The notes beneath the pieces were generated by a model. That model saw nothing but the letters and a program-made list of their open reading frames with translations, had not been told where the DNA came from and made no database searches. From positions 3,712,001-3,776,000 of the forward strand of contig OY762463.1 of the NCBI GenBank assembly GCA_963665815.1: a DNA stretch of 64,000 nt. Reading direction: 5' to 3'. This DNA comes from Candidatus Cloacimonadales bacterium. GTDB lineage: Bacteria > Cloacimonadota > Cloacimonadia > Cloacimonadales > JAIOQZ01. Shown here piece after piece: positions 42,813 through 52,599 of the stretch; position 1 is the first letter of the stretch, and the number at the start of each line of letters is the position of its first letter. A program made the position numbers and the translations under genes.

Positions 42813-43826
42813 ATGGAAAAAAAAATAAAAACAAAAATAGAGTTTATCTCATTAGATGATCTGAAATCGGTTCTGATGAACCAGATTGTGGTTCTTGATA
42901 AAAAAGTATACATACATTACAGAAGTTTGTTCAGTAAAACTGAGAGATTTCTGTTTACTCCCAATGAGGATAACAAGAACTTATATACTGTCAGGAAGAT
43001 ATATTCTTTCCTTGATAAGATAAATGCAGTTAGAACAGATACAGTGTATTCTACAGGTGGTGGAATTACAACAGATATTGGTGGATTTGCAGCTGCCACT
43101 TTTAAAAGAGGAATGAAGTCTGTTCTTATTCCAACTACTCTACTAAGTATGGTCGATGCCGCGGTAGGAGGAAAAACCGGAGTTAATTTCAGGGGATCCA
43201 AAAATCTCGTAGGAGTTTTTAATCAACCTGAAAAAGTATATATTTGCATGGATTTCCTGAAAAGTCTATCTGAAAAACAGATAGGGGAGGGTTTAGCAGA
43301 GATTCTGAAGATTGGTATTGTTGCAGGCAAACATATTCTTAAGGATCTTTCAGGAGAAAACATATCCGAGGATATCATCAGAAAGGCAATTGAGCTGAAA
43401 ATAAGCGTTTGCGAACAAGATGTGTATGACCACTCTGCGAGAATGATGCTTAACTTCGGGCATACTTTTGCTCATGCAGTGGAGAAAGCCTCCGGTTATT
43501 CTGTATCTCATGGCAATGCCGTAAGTTATGGAATGATCACAGCAATAGAAATAAGTGAGAAGTTGGGACTCCTGAAATCCTATACATCAGAGGAAATGAA
43601 GTCTTTAATGAAAGGATTGAATTTAGACTACCAGTTAAGTGATGAAATTGCTGCAAGATTGCTTAAGAAATGTGATCACTATTTCCTCAAGGATAAGAAG
43701 AAATCCAATTATATAAGATTTGTGTTGTTGGAAGATCTTGAGAAACCTTTAATCTCGAATAATAATCAGGAATCTGAGATTATAGAGCTATTTAAAGCTA
43801 AACTGGGAAAGCAATTACGTAAATAA
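42813..43826 (+). CDS. aroB: 3-dehydroquinate synthase
   Basis: GGGITTDIGGF, PTTLLSMVDAAVGGKTGVN, LNFGHTFAHAVE, HGNAV; start at 42813. Confidence 0.93.
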   Translation: MEKKIKTKIEFISLDDLKSVLMNQIVVLDKKVYIHYRSLFSKTERFLFTPNEDNKNLYTVRKIYSFLDKINAVRTDTVYSTGGGITTDIGGFAAATFKRGMKSVLIPTTLLSMVDAAVGGKTGVNFRGSKNLVGVFNQPEKVYICMDFLKSLSEKQIGEGLAEILKIGIVAGKHILKDLSGENISEDIIRKAIELKISVCEQDVYDHSARMMLNFGHTFAHAVEKASGYSVSHGNAVSYGMITAIEISEKLGLLKSYTSEEMKSLMKGLNLDYQLSDEIAARLLKKCDHYFLKDKKKSNYIRFVLLEDLEKPLISNNNQESEIIELFKAKLGKQLRK

Positions 43827-43868
43827 AAAAAACAGCCTGTCTTTAGTGTTACAGGCTGCTTCTTTTCT
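43825..43868. terminator. Bidirectional terminator between aroB and degQ
   Basis: CAGCCTGT/ACAGGCTG stem flanked by an A run and a T-rich run. Confidence 0.75.
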
Positions 43869-43879
43869 ATACAGGTGTA

Positions 43880-45319
43880 CTATTTGATATTGACTGTCAG
43901 GAATTTGTAAATCCCATTTTTTGATACTACATGAAAGAGCACTAATGAACCTGAGTAATCCTTATCGATTTTATCAAGAATCTTATCAAAATCTTTTACA
44001 TTTTTAATTCTGCTATTGTTGATCTCCAGTATAGTATCTCCTACCGATAAACTGGATGATGCCGCGAAGGATTCCGGTTCGATGTTTGTTATTACAACAC
44101 CTTCTAAATCCTTAAGTCCCATTCTTCTGGCAATATCCGAGTCGCTGTCTACAACATCAAGGCCTAAACCTGAGTTATTATCCTTACTTTCGCTTCTTGA
44201 CGCAACACTTCTATCAGGGAATTCTTCTAACTTAGCATAGATATTTTTGTGTTTACCATCTCTGATGATACCAAGGTTTACTTTCTTATTGATTTCTTTA
44301 TTAGCAATCTGAATTCTGAATTTAGCAAGATTTTCAACTGTTTTTCCGTCGATTTCAATTATTACATCACCTTTTTTAAGTCCGGCTTTATCAGCAGGAG
44401 TATCATCTTCAACTTTAGCTATAAGAACTCCATTCAGATCTTCAAGGTTCATCATTTTACCTAAATCTTCTGTCAGTTCCTGTGGTAACACTCCAAGATA
44501 AGCTCTGACAACTTTTCCCTTATCCATGATATCGTTAACTACTTTCTTTACCAGATTAACAGGGATTGCAAAACCGATACCCACATTTCCACCGGCAGGT
44601 GAAGTTATAGCAGCATTGACTCCTATAACTTTGCCATGAATATCTACCAACGGACCTCCACTGTTCCCCGGATTAATTGCTGCATCTGTTTGAATGTAGT
44701 CCTGATAAACAGGAGAATCTGAACCGAAATTAAGATTTGATCTACCTTTAGCAGAAATAACACCTACAGTAACTGTTCTGTCCAGACCAAGCTGACCAAA
44801 CGGATTACCGATGGCAATTGCCCAGTCACCTATTTCGAGAGACTCCGAATCTCCCAACGGGATTTTTGAAAGAGGAAAGTCTTTATTTTTCTCAATTTTG
44901 ATTACAGCAAGATCTGTTGATGGATCTCGACCAACGATTTCGCCTTTATACTTGTGCTTTTCTCCAATAGAAACCGTTATATCCCCTTCAGTCTGCACAA
45001 CGTGATTATTCGTGATTATATAAGCGTGTTTAGAATCTGTTTTGTATATGAATCCTGATCCCATTTGAGTAGATTTTCTTGAATTGGGCATTCTGGGAGC
45101 AAAAAATTTGAAAAAATCATCATCAAATGGTGAACTGTATGTTCTGCCCCTGAGTTTTATTTCAGACTCAACTTTGATATTTACTACGGCATCTCTGGTA
45201 TTTTTTACTACCTCTACAAAAGGAGATTTTCCATCACTGTTTACAGGTGGATAAGCTGAAAGCATGGTTGTAAATAATGATATTGCAACCAGTAAGATTA
45301 CTAATTTCATGTTTCTCAT
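43880..45319 (-). CDS. degQ: DegP/DegQ (HtrA) serine endoprotease with two PDZ domains
   Basis: TNNHVV, DLAV, QTDAAINPGNSGGPL; signal peptide from the ATG at 45319 after SD GGAGG. Confidence 0.93.
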   Translation of the reverse strand: MRNMKLVILLVAISLFTTMLSAYPPVNSDGKSPFVEVVKNTRDAVVNIKVESEIKLRGRTYSSPFDDDFFKFFAPRMPNSRKSTQMGSGFIYKTDSKHAYIITNNHVVQTEGDITVSIGEKHKYKGEIVGRDPSTDLAVIKIEKNKDFPLSKIPLGDSESLEIGDWAIAIGNPFGQLGLDRTVTVGVISAKGRSNLNFGSDSPVYQDYIQTDAAINPGNSGGPLVDIHGKVIGVNAAITSPAGGNVGIGFAIPVNLVKKVVNDIMDKGKVVRAYLGVLPQELTEDLGKMMNLEDLNGVLIAKVEDDTPADKAGLKKGDVIIEIDGKTVENLAKFRIQIANKEINKKVNLGIIRDGKHKNIYAKLEEFPDRSVASRSESKDNNSGLGLDVVDSDSDIARRMGLKDLEGVVITNIEPESFAASSSLSVGDTILEINNSRIKNVKDFDKILDKIDKDYSGSLVLFHVVSKNGIYKFLTVNIK

Positions 45320-45466
45320 TTTGGTTCCTCCAATTATTGATTTTTCATTTATTATAACTTTCATGAGATTTCTTTGTTACATCAATTATGATTTATTTTG
45401 ATGAATATTGTAAAAAATATTAGTTTACACAAGCTCTATGAATGATATTATTGTATCGGTAAAAAT

Positions 45467-45934
45467 ATGAAAAAAACAGAATTCAGAAAAAGTTTTAAAC
45501 TTGATGAAACTATCAGGGAAATAGTAAATCCTCGAAATGAGATTAAAATAAGCAGACCCTTGCTGGGGCATAAACTTCCGGCAGGTTTTCCTTCTCCGGC
45601 AGATGATTATATTGAGAAAAGTCTGGATTTGAATGAGTATCTTATTGCTCATCCTGCAGCTACATTCTTTATTAGAGTAGAAGGTGATTCCATGATAGGT
45701 GCCGGTATTCATGATAATGATATCCTTATTGTAGACAGAGCACTTGATGCCGGAGATAATTCAATTATTATTGCAGCCCTTGATGGATATCTGACAGTTA
45801 AAAGATTGATAAAGACAGATAAACTTTGGTACCTGCATCCCGAGAATTCTGATTATGAAGATATCAACCTGGAAGAGGGAAGTGACTTTACTATCTGGGG
45901 TGTTGTGACTTACGTTATCCATAAAGCTGAGTAA
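45467..45934 (+). CDS. umuD: DNA polymerase V subunit UmuD
   Basis: AGFPSPADDY, VEGDSM, TVKRL. Confidence 0.93.
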   Translation: MKKTEFRKSFKLDETIREIVNPRNEIKISRPLLGHKLPAGFPSPADDYIEKSLDLNEYLIAHPAATFFIRVEGDSMIGAGIHDNDILIVDRALDAGDNSIIIAALDGYLTVKRLIKTDKLWYLHPENSDYEDINLEEGSDFTIWGVVTYVIHKAE

Positions 45935-45937
45935 TCA

Positions 45938-47218
45938 ATGGATGTTTTTGCCTTAGTAGACTGCAATAGCTTTTATGCTTCTTGTGAAAAGGTTTTTAAC
46001 CCTTCTTTGAGGGATAAGCCTGTTGCTGTTCTTTCCAATAATGATGGAATAATTGTTGCCCGATCAAAGGAAGTAAAAGAACTTGGAATCCCAATGGGGC
46101 AGCCTGTTTTCAAGATAGAACATCTTATCAGGAAACATGATGTTAAACTTTTTTCATCAAACTATACATTATATGCAGATTTATCCAGAAGAGTAATGGA
46201 GACGCTTAAAACATTCAGTCCTCAAGTGGAAGTTTATTCAATTGATGAAGCATTTGTGATTTTTCCTCTTAATACAGTACAAAGCTGTTCTCTTCGAGAA
46301 TACGGACTAAAGATTAAGAGAACTGTTGAGAAATGGACAGGAATTCCTGTTTCTGTAGGGATTGGTCCCAGTAAGACTCTGGCAAAGCTGGCAAACAGAC
46401 TGGCAAAGAAACGTCCTGAACTGGAAGGCATATACAGTCTTGTAAATTATAAAAATATAGATAGAATTCTGGATAGTGTGGATGTCAGTGAATTATGGGG
46501 GATAGGACGTCAATATGCAAAACTGCTCAAGAATGCAGGTATCAGAACAGCAAGACAGTTAAAGGAAGCTCCTGATCAATGGGTAAGAGAATATATGACG
46601 GTTGTGGGACTAAGGCTTGTTCATGAATTGAGGGGGATTCCTTGTTATGACGTTGAGCTGGAAGTAGACCCCAAAAAGGGAATTGTCAGTTCCAAATCTT
46701 TCGGGAGGTTAACATCTGATTTCGATGAGATCAGAGAATCGGTTGCAAGTTACACAGCCAGAGCTGCCGAAAAACTCAGGGCTCAAAAATCTGTCACAAG
46801 TTTTATTACCGTGTTTATAACAACAAATCCTTATAAAAAGGAAATGCCACAGTATGGGAATGTATTGACACGTGCATTCAAAGCTCCCACAGCAGATTCA
46901 TCCGTAATGATTAAGATGGCTTGCAGTATTTTTGAAAAGATTTACAAACCGGGTTTTCTTTACAAGAAATCCGGCGTTATGCTTACCGGAATAACTCATC
47001 AGGATGATGTTCAATACGATGCATTTACTAAGGCATATGTTGAGACAGAAGGAAAGACCGTAATGGAGATTATTGATAAGATTAACAAAGAACATGGTAG
47101 AGGCACAATTCAGATTGCCTCTATGGGAACAGAAAAAAAATGGAATATGAAAAGAAGTAAATTGTCTCCCCGATATACAACATCCTGGGATGAGCTGCCT
47201 AAAACACGAAACAAATAA
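45938..47218 (+). CDS. umuC: DNA polymerase V subunit UmuC (Y family)
   Basis: DCNSFYASCE, LSNNDG, YSIDEAF, LSPRYTT.W. Confidence 0.95.
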   Translation: MDVFALVDCNSFYASCEKVFNPSLRDKPVAVLSNNDGIIVARSKEVKELGIPMGQPVFKIEHLIRKHDVKLFSSNYTLYADLSRRVMETLKTFSPQVEVYSIDEAFVIFPLNTVQSCSLREYGLKIKRTVEKWTGIPVSVGIGPSKTLAKLANRLAKKRPELEGIYSLVNYKNIDRILDSVDVSELWGIGRQYAKLLKNAGIRTARQLKEAPDQWVREYMTVVGLRLVHELRGIPCYDVELEVDPKKGIVSSKSFGRLTSDFDEIRESVASYTARAAEKLRAQKSVTSFITVFITTNPYKKEMPQYGNVLTRAFKAPTADSSVMIKMACSIFEKIYKPGFLYKKSGVMLTGITHQDDVQYDAFTKAYVETEGKTVMEIIDKINKEHGRGTIQIASMGTEKKWNMKRSKLSPRYTTSWDELPKTRNK

Positions 47219-47292
47219 TACAGTACATTTTTCAGTATTTTAATTTATTACTTGTCATATTTTATATAAATCAAATACTAAGTATATAATAC

Positions 47293-47319
47293 TTAAGTTT
47301 AATGAGTTAAGTCCGATAT
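47293..47319 (+). promoter_or_regulatory. Sigma-28 (FliA) promoter
   Basis: TTAAGTTT-N11-TCCGATAT versus consensus TAAAGTTT-N11-GCCGATAA, upstream of the flagellin block. Confidence 0.75.
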
Positions 47320-47335
47320 AGAATCAGGAGATACG

Positions 47336-48145
47336 ATGGATTTATATGGAGATGCTTTTGAAAGAATTAATGCCGCTTCTGAGATAAAGGTAGTGGACAG
47401 GCAGGATTCAGGGAATCAGAATCCTCCTTCATACCCTAATCATGATAAGAAGAAGCATAAAGAAGAAGCAGGCTCTGACAACTCAGATAGACTTCCGGAA
47501 TATGATGATTCGCAATGGATTCAGTATAATCTTGAACTTGGCAGACTTATAATTGAGAAGAAGAATCTGGAAATATCCCTTTACTCAGAAGAGAGAAAAT
47601 CCGGATCACGAGATTATGTTGCCAGTAAGATTGAATTGATTAAAAAGAATATATCTGAACTGGAAAATAAGATCGTAGCATTGGATTTTTCTTCTTTAAA
47701 GTTACCCGAATCACCTGTAGATGATGTCAATACTCAAATAAAATACCTGTCAAAATTACACAGGCTTTATAATGTATATCTTGAAATAACATCCAATGAA
47801 ACTTCAGCGATAGAGGAGGAGGATTTAGATACTCTTCAGCTGCTGATGGAACAGAAATCTACAGTTCTGGATTCAATACATACAACTCAAAATAATATCC
47901 TCTTTGATGTCTTTAAAAAAATGCCTGAAAAAACTGAAAAAAGAACTAAGGCAGATGCAATTCTTACCGATATTAATGTGAAGATTAAACAGATCATTGA
48001 CTCGGAAAACAAAAATAGTGTGGAGCTTGAGAACCAGAAAGAAGAGCTCAGACTTAGACTCGGTAAGAAAAGTATAGGTACAAGAGCGATCTCAAAATAT
48101 GCATCAGCACATATGAGATCACACTTTATCGATACAACCAAATAA
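47336..48145 (+). CDS. Flagellar-associated coiled-coil protein, C-terminal half FliT/FlgN-like
   Basis: Follows the sigma-28 promoter and precedes the flagellins; AIEEEDLDTLQLLMEQK...FIDTTK resembles export chaperones. Confidence 0.5.
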   Translation: MDLYGDAFERINAASEIKVVDRQDSGNQNPPSYPNHDKKKHKEEAGSDNSDRLPEYDDSQWIQYNLELGRLIIEKKNLEISLYSEERKSGSRDYVASKIELIKKNISELENKIVALDFSSLKLPESPVDDVNTQIKYLSKLHRLYNVYLEITSNETSAIEEEDLDTLQLLMEQKSTVLDSIHTTQNNILFDVFKKMPEKTEKRTKADAILTDINVKIKQIIDSENKNSVELENQKEELRLRLGKKSIGTRAISKYASAHMRSHFIDTTK

Positions 48146-48209
48146 AGAAAAAAGACACAGAACAAAGGGCAAGGAAGCCCGGAAAAAACAATCATCAAGG
48201 AGGATGAAC

Positions 48210-49172
48210 ATGTCACTCTTTATTAACAACAACCAGTATGCATTAAATGCATCAAACAACTTAAGATCTCATTACGCTAACATGGGTAAGTCAATTGAAA
48301 GACTTACAACAGGTTTGAGAATTAACTCAGCAAGAGACGATGCTGCCGGAATGGCTGTCAGAGAAGAAATGAGATCTGACATTGCAACTTACAATCAAGG
48401 CATCAGAAATGCAGAAATGGCAATTAACATGCTTCAGACTGCAGAAAGCTCAATGGCAATCATCGATGAAAAGCTCATGAGAATGAAACAACTTGCAGAA
48501 CAAGCTGCAACCGGAACTTACACACATGAGCAAAGACAGATTATTCACTCAGAATTTGCTGCAATGGCTGCCGAAATTGACCGTATCGCTGAATCAACCG
48601 AGTTTGGCGGAAGAAAACTTCTCAACGGTGACTTATCTACAGATGCTCACAACAACATAACTGTTGGTGGATGGCTTCAATCAGGTCCTGCTACATTAAC
48701 AGCAGACAATTATGACAGTGATGGCGAATATCGTCACAATGTTGGTGTAAAAGTTCACTTTGGTCTCACAAACAATCGTCTTGAAGACTATTACTTCATT
48801 AACATTGGAGATATGACAACAAACGGACTGTTTGAGAAGGTTGGAAACGAAACAGATACAGCAGCAAGCAAAATTTCTGTATCAACTCAGCACGTAGCTC
48901 AGATTGCACTTGAGCAACTTGATTCAGCTATTCTTGAGAAAGAACACCAGAGAGCTCACCTTGGTTCAATGATGGTAAGGCTTGAAAACACAATAGCTCA
49001 CCTTCAGTCACAATCAGAAAACCTTCAGGCTGCGGAATCACAGATTTCAGATGTTGATGTAGCATCAGAAATGACAGAATTCGTAAAAAGTCAGGTTTTA
49101 ACACAGGCTGCAGTTGGAATGCTTGCTCAAGCTAATTCTCTTCCACAAATGGCTCTCCAGTTACTTGGATAA
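48210..49172 (+). CDS. fliC: Flagellin 1 (most divergent copy)
   Basis: RLTTGLRINSARDDAAG...ISDVDVASEM...QANSLPQ; start 48210 fits SD AGGAGG spacing. Confidence 0.95.
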   Translation: MSLFINNNQYALNASNNLRSHYANMGKSIERLTTGLRINSARDDAAGMAVREEMRSDIATYNQGIRNAEMAINMLQTAESSMAIIDEKLMRMKQLAEQAATGTYTHEQRQIIHSEFAAMAAEIDRIAESTEFGGRKLLNGDLSTDAHNNITVGGWLQSGPATLTADNYDSDGEYRHNVGVKVHFGLTNNRLEDYYFINIGDMTTNGLFEKVGNETDTAASKISVSTQHVAQIALEQLDSAILEKEHQRAHLGSMMVRLENTIAHLQSQSENLQAAESQISDVDVASEMTEFVKSQVLTQAAVGMLAQANSLPQMALQLLG

Positions 49173-49375
49173 TAAAAGAAAGATATAATCTCAAAAACAA
49201 GCTTCAGATAAAAAGAAATAATTACGAATAGAAAACAGATTTTTGACAAGAAAATAGATGTGATGTGATAGATGTGTTACCTGGCACAAATATCAAAACG
49301 CACTCATAGCAGAAGCTAAATTATGAGTAACTCGTTCCCAACACAAGGATGATTCACTCATCAAGGAGGAAAAAG

Positions 49376-50335
49376 ATGTCACTCGTAATTAACCATAATC
49401 TGATGGCTATGAACACAGCAAGAAACCTGACTTCGGCATATGGAAGATTAGGTAATTCAGTAGAAAGACTTTCAACAGGATTGAGAGTAAATTCAGCTGC
49501 AGACGATGCAGCCGGACTCGCAATTCGTGAGAGCATGAGAGCAGAAATTGCTTCTCTTAATCAAGGTGTCCGTAATGCACAGGATGGTATCTCAATGATC
49601 CAGACAGCAGAAGGTGCAATGGCGGTAATTGATGAAAAACTGATTCGTATGAAAGAGCTTGCAGAACAGGCTGCTACAGGAACATATACTAACGATCAAA
49701 GAATGATTATTCATTCTGAGTTCGCAGCAATGGCTTCTGAAATCGATAGAATCGCAACAGCGACAGATTTCAATGGAGTTCATCTGCTTGACGGTAATGT
49801 GTCAATGGCAGGAACAAATGGTCAATGGACCTCAACAAACAACTGGACTGCAACAGAAGGTCTCTGGACAAATAGTTCCGGATGGCAGGAAGTTAATGGT
49901 ACTGCTGCTGCAAACGGAGATGTTACCGGTGGTGTAAAAATCCACTTTGGCTCCGGAAACAGCAGAGCAGAAGACTATTACTTCTTCAGAATCGGTGATA
50001 TGAGAACTTCATCTCTCGGAGTAGGTTCCGAAGATGTTGCTGTAAGTACACAGCACTCTGCACAGCTCGCACTTGAAAGAATAAACACAGCTATCATCAG
50101 GAAAGAAAATGCGCGTGCTCAACTTGGAGCTATTCAAAACAGACTTGAAAACACGATAACTAATATCTCAATTCAGGCTGAGAATATCCAGGCATCTGAG
50201 TCACGTATTTCCGACGTTGATGTAGCTCAAGAAATGACTGAATTTACCCGTAATCAAATCCTTACACAGTCCGCAGTAGGTATGCTTGCACAAGCAAATT
50301 CATTACCTCAGATGGCACTAAGATTGATCGGTTAA
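49376..50335 (+). CDS. fliC: Flagellin 2
   Basis: MSLVINHN...RLSTGLRVNSAADDAAG...SRISDVDVA; start after AGGAGG. Confidence 0.97.
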   Translation: MSLVINHNLMAMNTARNLTSAYGRLGNSVERLSTGLRVNSAADDAAGLAIRESMRAEIASLNQGVRNAQDGISMIQTAEGAMAVIDEKLIRMKELAEQAATGTYTNDQRMIIHSEFAAMASEIDRIATATDFNGVHLLDGNVSMAGTNGQWTSTNNWTATEGLWTNSSGWQEVNGTAAANGDVTGGVKIHFGSGNSRAEDYYFFRIGDMRTSSLGVGSEDVAVSTQHSAQLALERINTAIIRKENARAQLGAIQNRLENTITNISIQAENIQASESRISDVDVAQEMTEFTRNQILTQSAVGMLAQANSLPQMALRLIG

Positions 50336-50467
50336 CTATTGAGTGGATTATTTTCTCATAGATTGGTTTGGTTAAGCCTAGAAATGTCAGCAGATATGCC
50401 ATAATCGTATGAGACATTTGTCTTATACAGTATCATGGAAGTACATTCAACCAATCAAGGAGGAAAG

Positions 50468-51427
50468 ATGTCACTCGTAATAAATCATAACCTGATGGCG
50501 ATGAATACAGCCAGAAATCTTACAACATCCTACGGTAACTTGAGTACATCCGTTCAAAGACTTTCAACAGGACTGCGTATTAATTCAGCAGCAGATGATG
50601 CTGCAGGATTGGCAATCCGTGAAGGTATGAGAGCTGAAATAGCTGCTATTAATCAAGGAGTTAGAAATGCTCAGGATGGTATCTCAATGATCCAGACAGC
50701 TGAAGGTGGTATGGCGGTAATTGACGAAAAGTTAATTCGTATGAAAGAATTGGCAGAACAGGCAGCTACCGGTACATATACAAACGAACAAAGAATGATT
50801 ATTCATTCTGAATTCTCAGCAATGGCCGCAGAAATCGATAGAATCGCAACAGCGACCGATTTCAATGGAATTCACTTATTAAACGGTAACGTTTCAATAG
50901 CTGGATCTAACGGTCAATGGACATCTTCAAATACATGGACAGCAACTGAAGGCTTGCATACAAACAGTAGTGGATGGCAAGAAACTAATGGAACAGCAGC
51001 AGCAAATGGAGACATCACAGGTGGAGCTAAGATTCACTTTGGACCTGCCAATGACAGGGCTGAAGATTATTACTTCATCAGAATCGGTGATGTTCGAACA
51101 AGCGCATTAGGTATCGGAGCATCTGAGGTAGCTGTAAGTACTCAGCACTCAGCTCAGCTTGCTCTCGAAAAACTAAACACAGCAATGGTCCGTAAGGAAA
51201 ATGCTCGTGCTGCACTTGGTGCTGTCCAGAATCGTCTGGAAAACACCATTACAAACTTATCCATCCAAGCTGAAAATGTTCAGGCTGCAGAATCGAGAAT
51301 TTCTGATGTTGACGTAGCACAAGAAATGACCGAGTTCACAAGAAATCAGATACTGACACAATCCGCAGTAGGTATGTTAGCGCAAGCTAATTCATTACCA
51401 CAAATGGCACTCAGACTTATAGGTTAG
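50468..51427 (+). CDS. fliC: Flagellin 3
   Basis: Flagellin N- and C-terminal domains; start after AGGAGG. Confidence 0.97.
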   Translation: MSLVINHNLMAMNTARNLTTSYGNLSTSVQRLSTGLRINSAADDAAGLAIREGMRAEIAAINQGVRNAQDGISMIQTAEGGMAVIDEKLIRMKELAEQAATGTYTNEQRMIIHSEFSAMAAEIDRIATATDFNGIHLLNGNVSIAGSNGQWTSSNTWTATEGLHTNSSGWQETNGTAAANGDITGGAKIHFGPANDRAEDYYFIRIGDVRTSALGIGASEVAVSTQHSAQLALEKLNTAMVRKENARAALGAVQNRLENTITNLSIQAENVQAAESRISDVDVAQEMTEFTRNQILTQSAVGMLAQANSLPQMALRLIG

Positions 51428-51510
51428 ATTGAGAGGCTTCTTTCCATAATTCGAGATTGGTTTGGTTCCCCGGCAAACAGCAGAATGTCGGCTGTATAAG
51501 ACTAATGTCT

Positions 51511-51550
51511 TATATTAGCAAGGATGACTAATATACCAATCAAGGAGGAA
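51511..51550 (+). promoter_or_regulatory. CsrA-type binding sites in the flagellin 4 leader (equivalents at 48167-48180, 49344-49351, 50434-50441)
   Basis: TATATTAG-CAAGGATGA-CTAATATA hairpin with GGA in the loop, plus CAAGGAGG over the SD. Confidence 0.65.
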
Positions 51551-51552
51551 AG

Positions 51553-52512
51553 ATGTCACTCGTAATAAACCATAATTTGATGGCGTCGAATACTGCAAGA
51601 AATCTTACTGATTCTTACGGTCGTCTCGGCACGTCAGTGATGAGATTGTCTACAGGGCTACGTATCAATTCAGCAGCGGACGACGCTGCAGGTCTCGCAA
51701 TACGTGAAGGAATGAGAGCTGAAGTTGCATCATTGAATCAGGGAGTTAGAAATGCCCACGATGGTATTTCCATGATTCAAACAGCAGAAGGTGCAATGGC
51801 AGTTATCGATGAAAAACTTATACGTATGAAAGAGTTAGCAGAGCAAGCCGCTACCGGAACGTATACTAACGAGCAACGCTTGATTATACATTCCGAGTTT
51901 TCAGCAATGGCAGCTGAAATTGATAGAATAGCCACAGCCACAGATTTCAACGGGGTTAAGCTTCTGAATGGAAATGTCTCTATAGCCGGATCCGGTGGTT
52001 CCTGGTCTTCAACGAATACCTGGAGCGCTACAGAAGGCTTATGGACAAACAGTAGTGGTTGGCAGGAAGTTTCTGGTTCTGCCGATGCAAACGGTAATGT
52101 TACCGGTGGTGCAAAAATTCACTTCGGACCTGCTAATGACAGGGCTGAAGATTACTACTTTGTACGTATAGGTGATGTGCGAACAAGTGCTTTGGGAATT
52201 GGCTCAGCTGATGTTGCAGTCAGTACTCAGGATGCTGCACAGGCTGCTCTCGAGAAAATCAATACGGCTATGATTCGTAAAGAGAACGCTCGGGCTGCAC
52301 TCGGTGCTGTTCAAAACCGATTGGAGAACACAATAACTAACTTGTCAATTCAAGCTGAGAATATTCAGTCAGCAGAATCTCGTGTCTCAGATGTGGACGT
52401 AGCTCTGGAAATGACAGAATTTGTGAGAAATCAAATTCTAACACAGGCTGCAGTCGGAATGCTTGCACAAGCTAATTCGTTGCCTCAAATGGCTTTGCGT
52501 CTGATAGGATAA
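51553..52512 (+). CDS. fliC: Flagellin 4
   Basis: Flagellin N- and C-terminal domains; start after AGGAGG. Confidence 0.97.
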   Translation: MSLVINHNLMASNTARNLTDSYGRLGTSVMRLSTGLRINSAADDAAGLAIREGMRAEVASLNQGVRNAHDGISMIQTAEGAMAVIDEKLIRMKELAEQAATGTYTNEQRLIIHSEFSAMAAEIDRIATATDFNGVKLLNGNVSIAGSGGSWSSTNTWSATEGLWTNSSGWQEVSGSADANGNVTGGAKIHFGPANDRAEDYYFVRIGDVRTSALGIGSADVAVSTQDAAQAALEKINTAMIRKENARAALGAVQNRLENTITNLSIQAENIQSAESRVSDVDVALEMTEFVRNQILTQAAVGMLAQANSLPQMALRLIG

Positions 52513-52599
52513 CGTTAAGCATAGGATGGATGATCTGGAAGTATATCGTCCAGAATTTGCGTAAGCTAAGTTAAGCAAATTCTCCCAACTATAATTCAT

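Noticed and set aside
49281..49297. Sigma-54 promoter (CTGGCAC) upstream of flagellin 2
   Set aside because: The -12 GC is absent at the required spacing.
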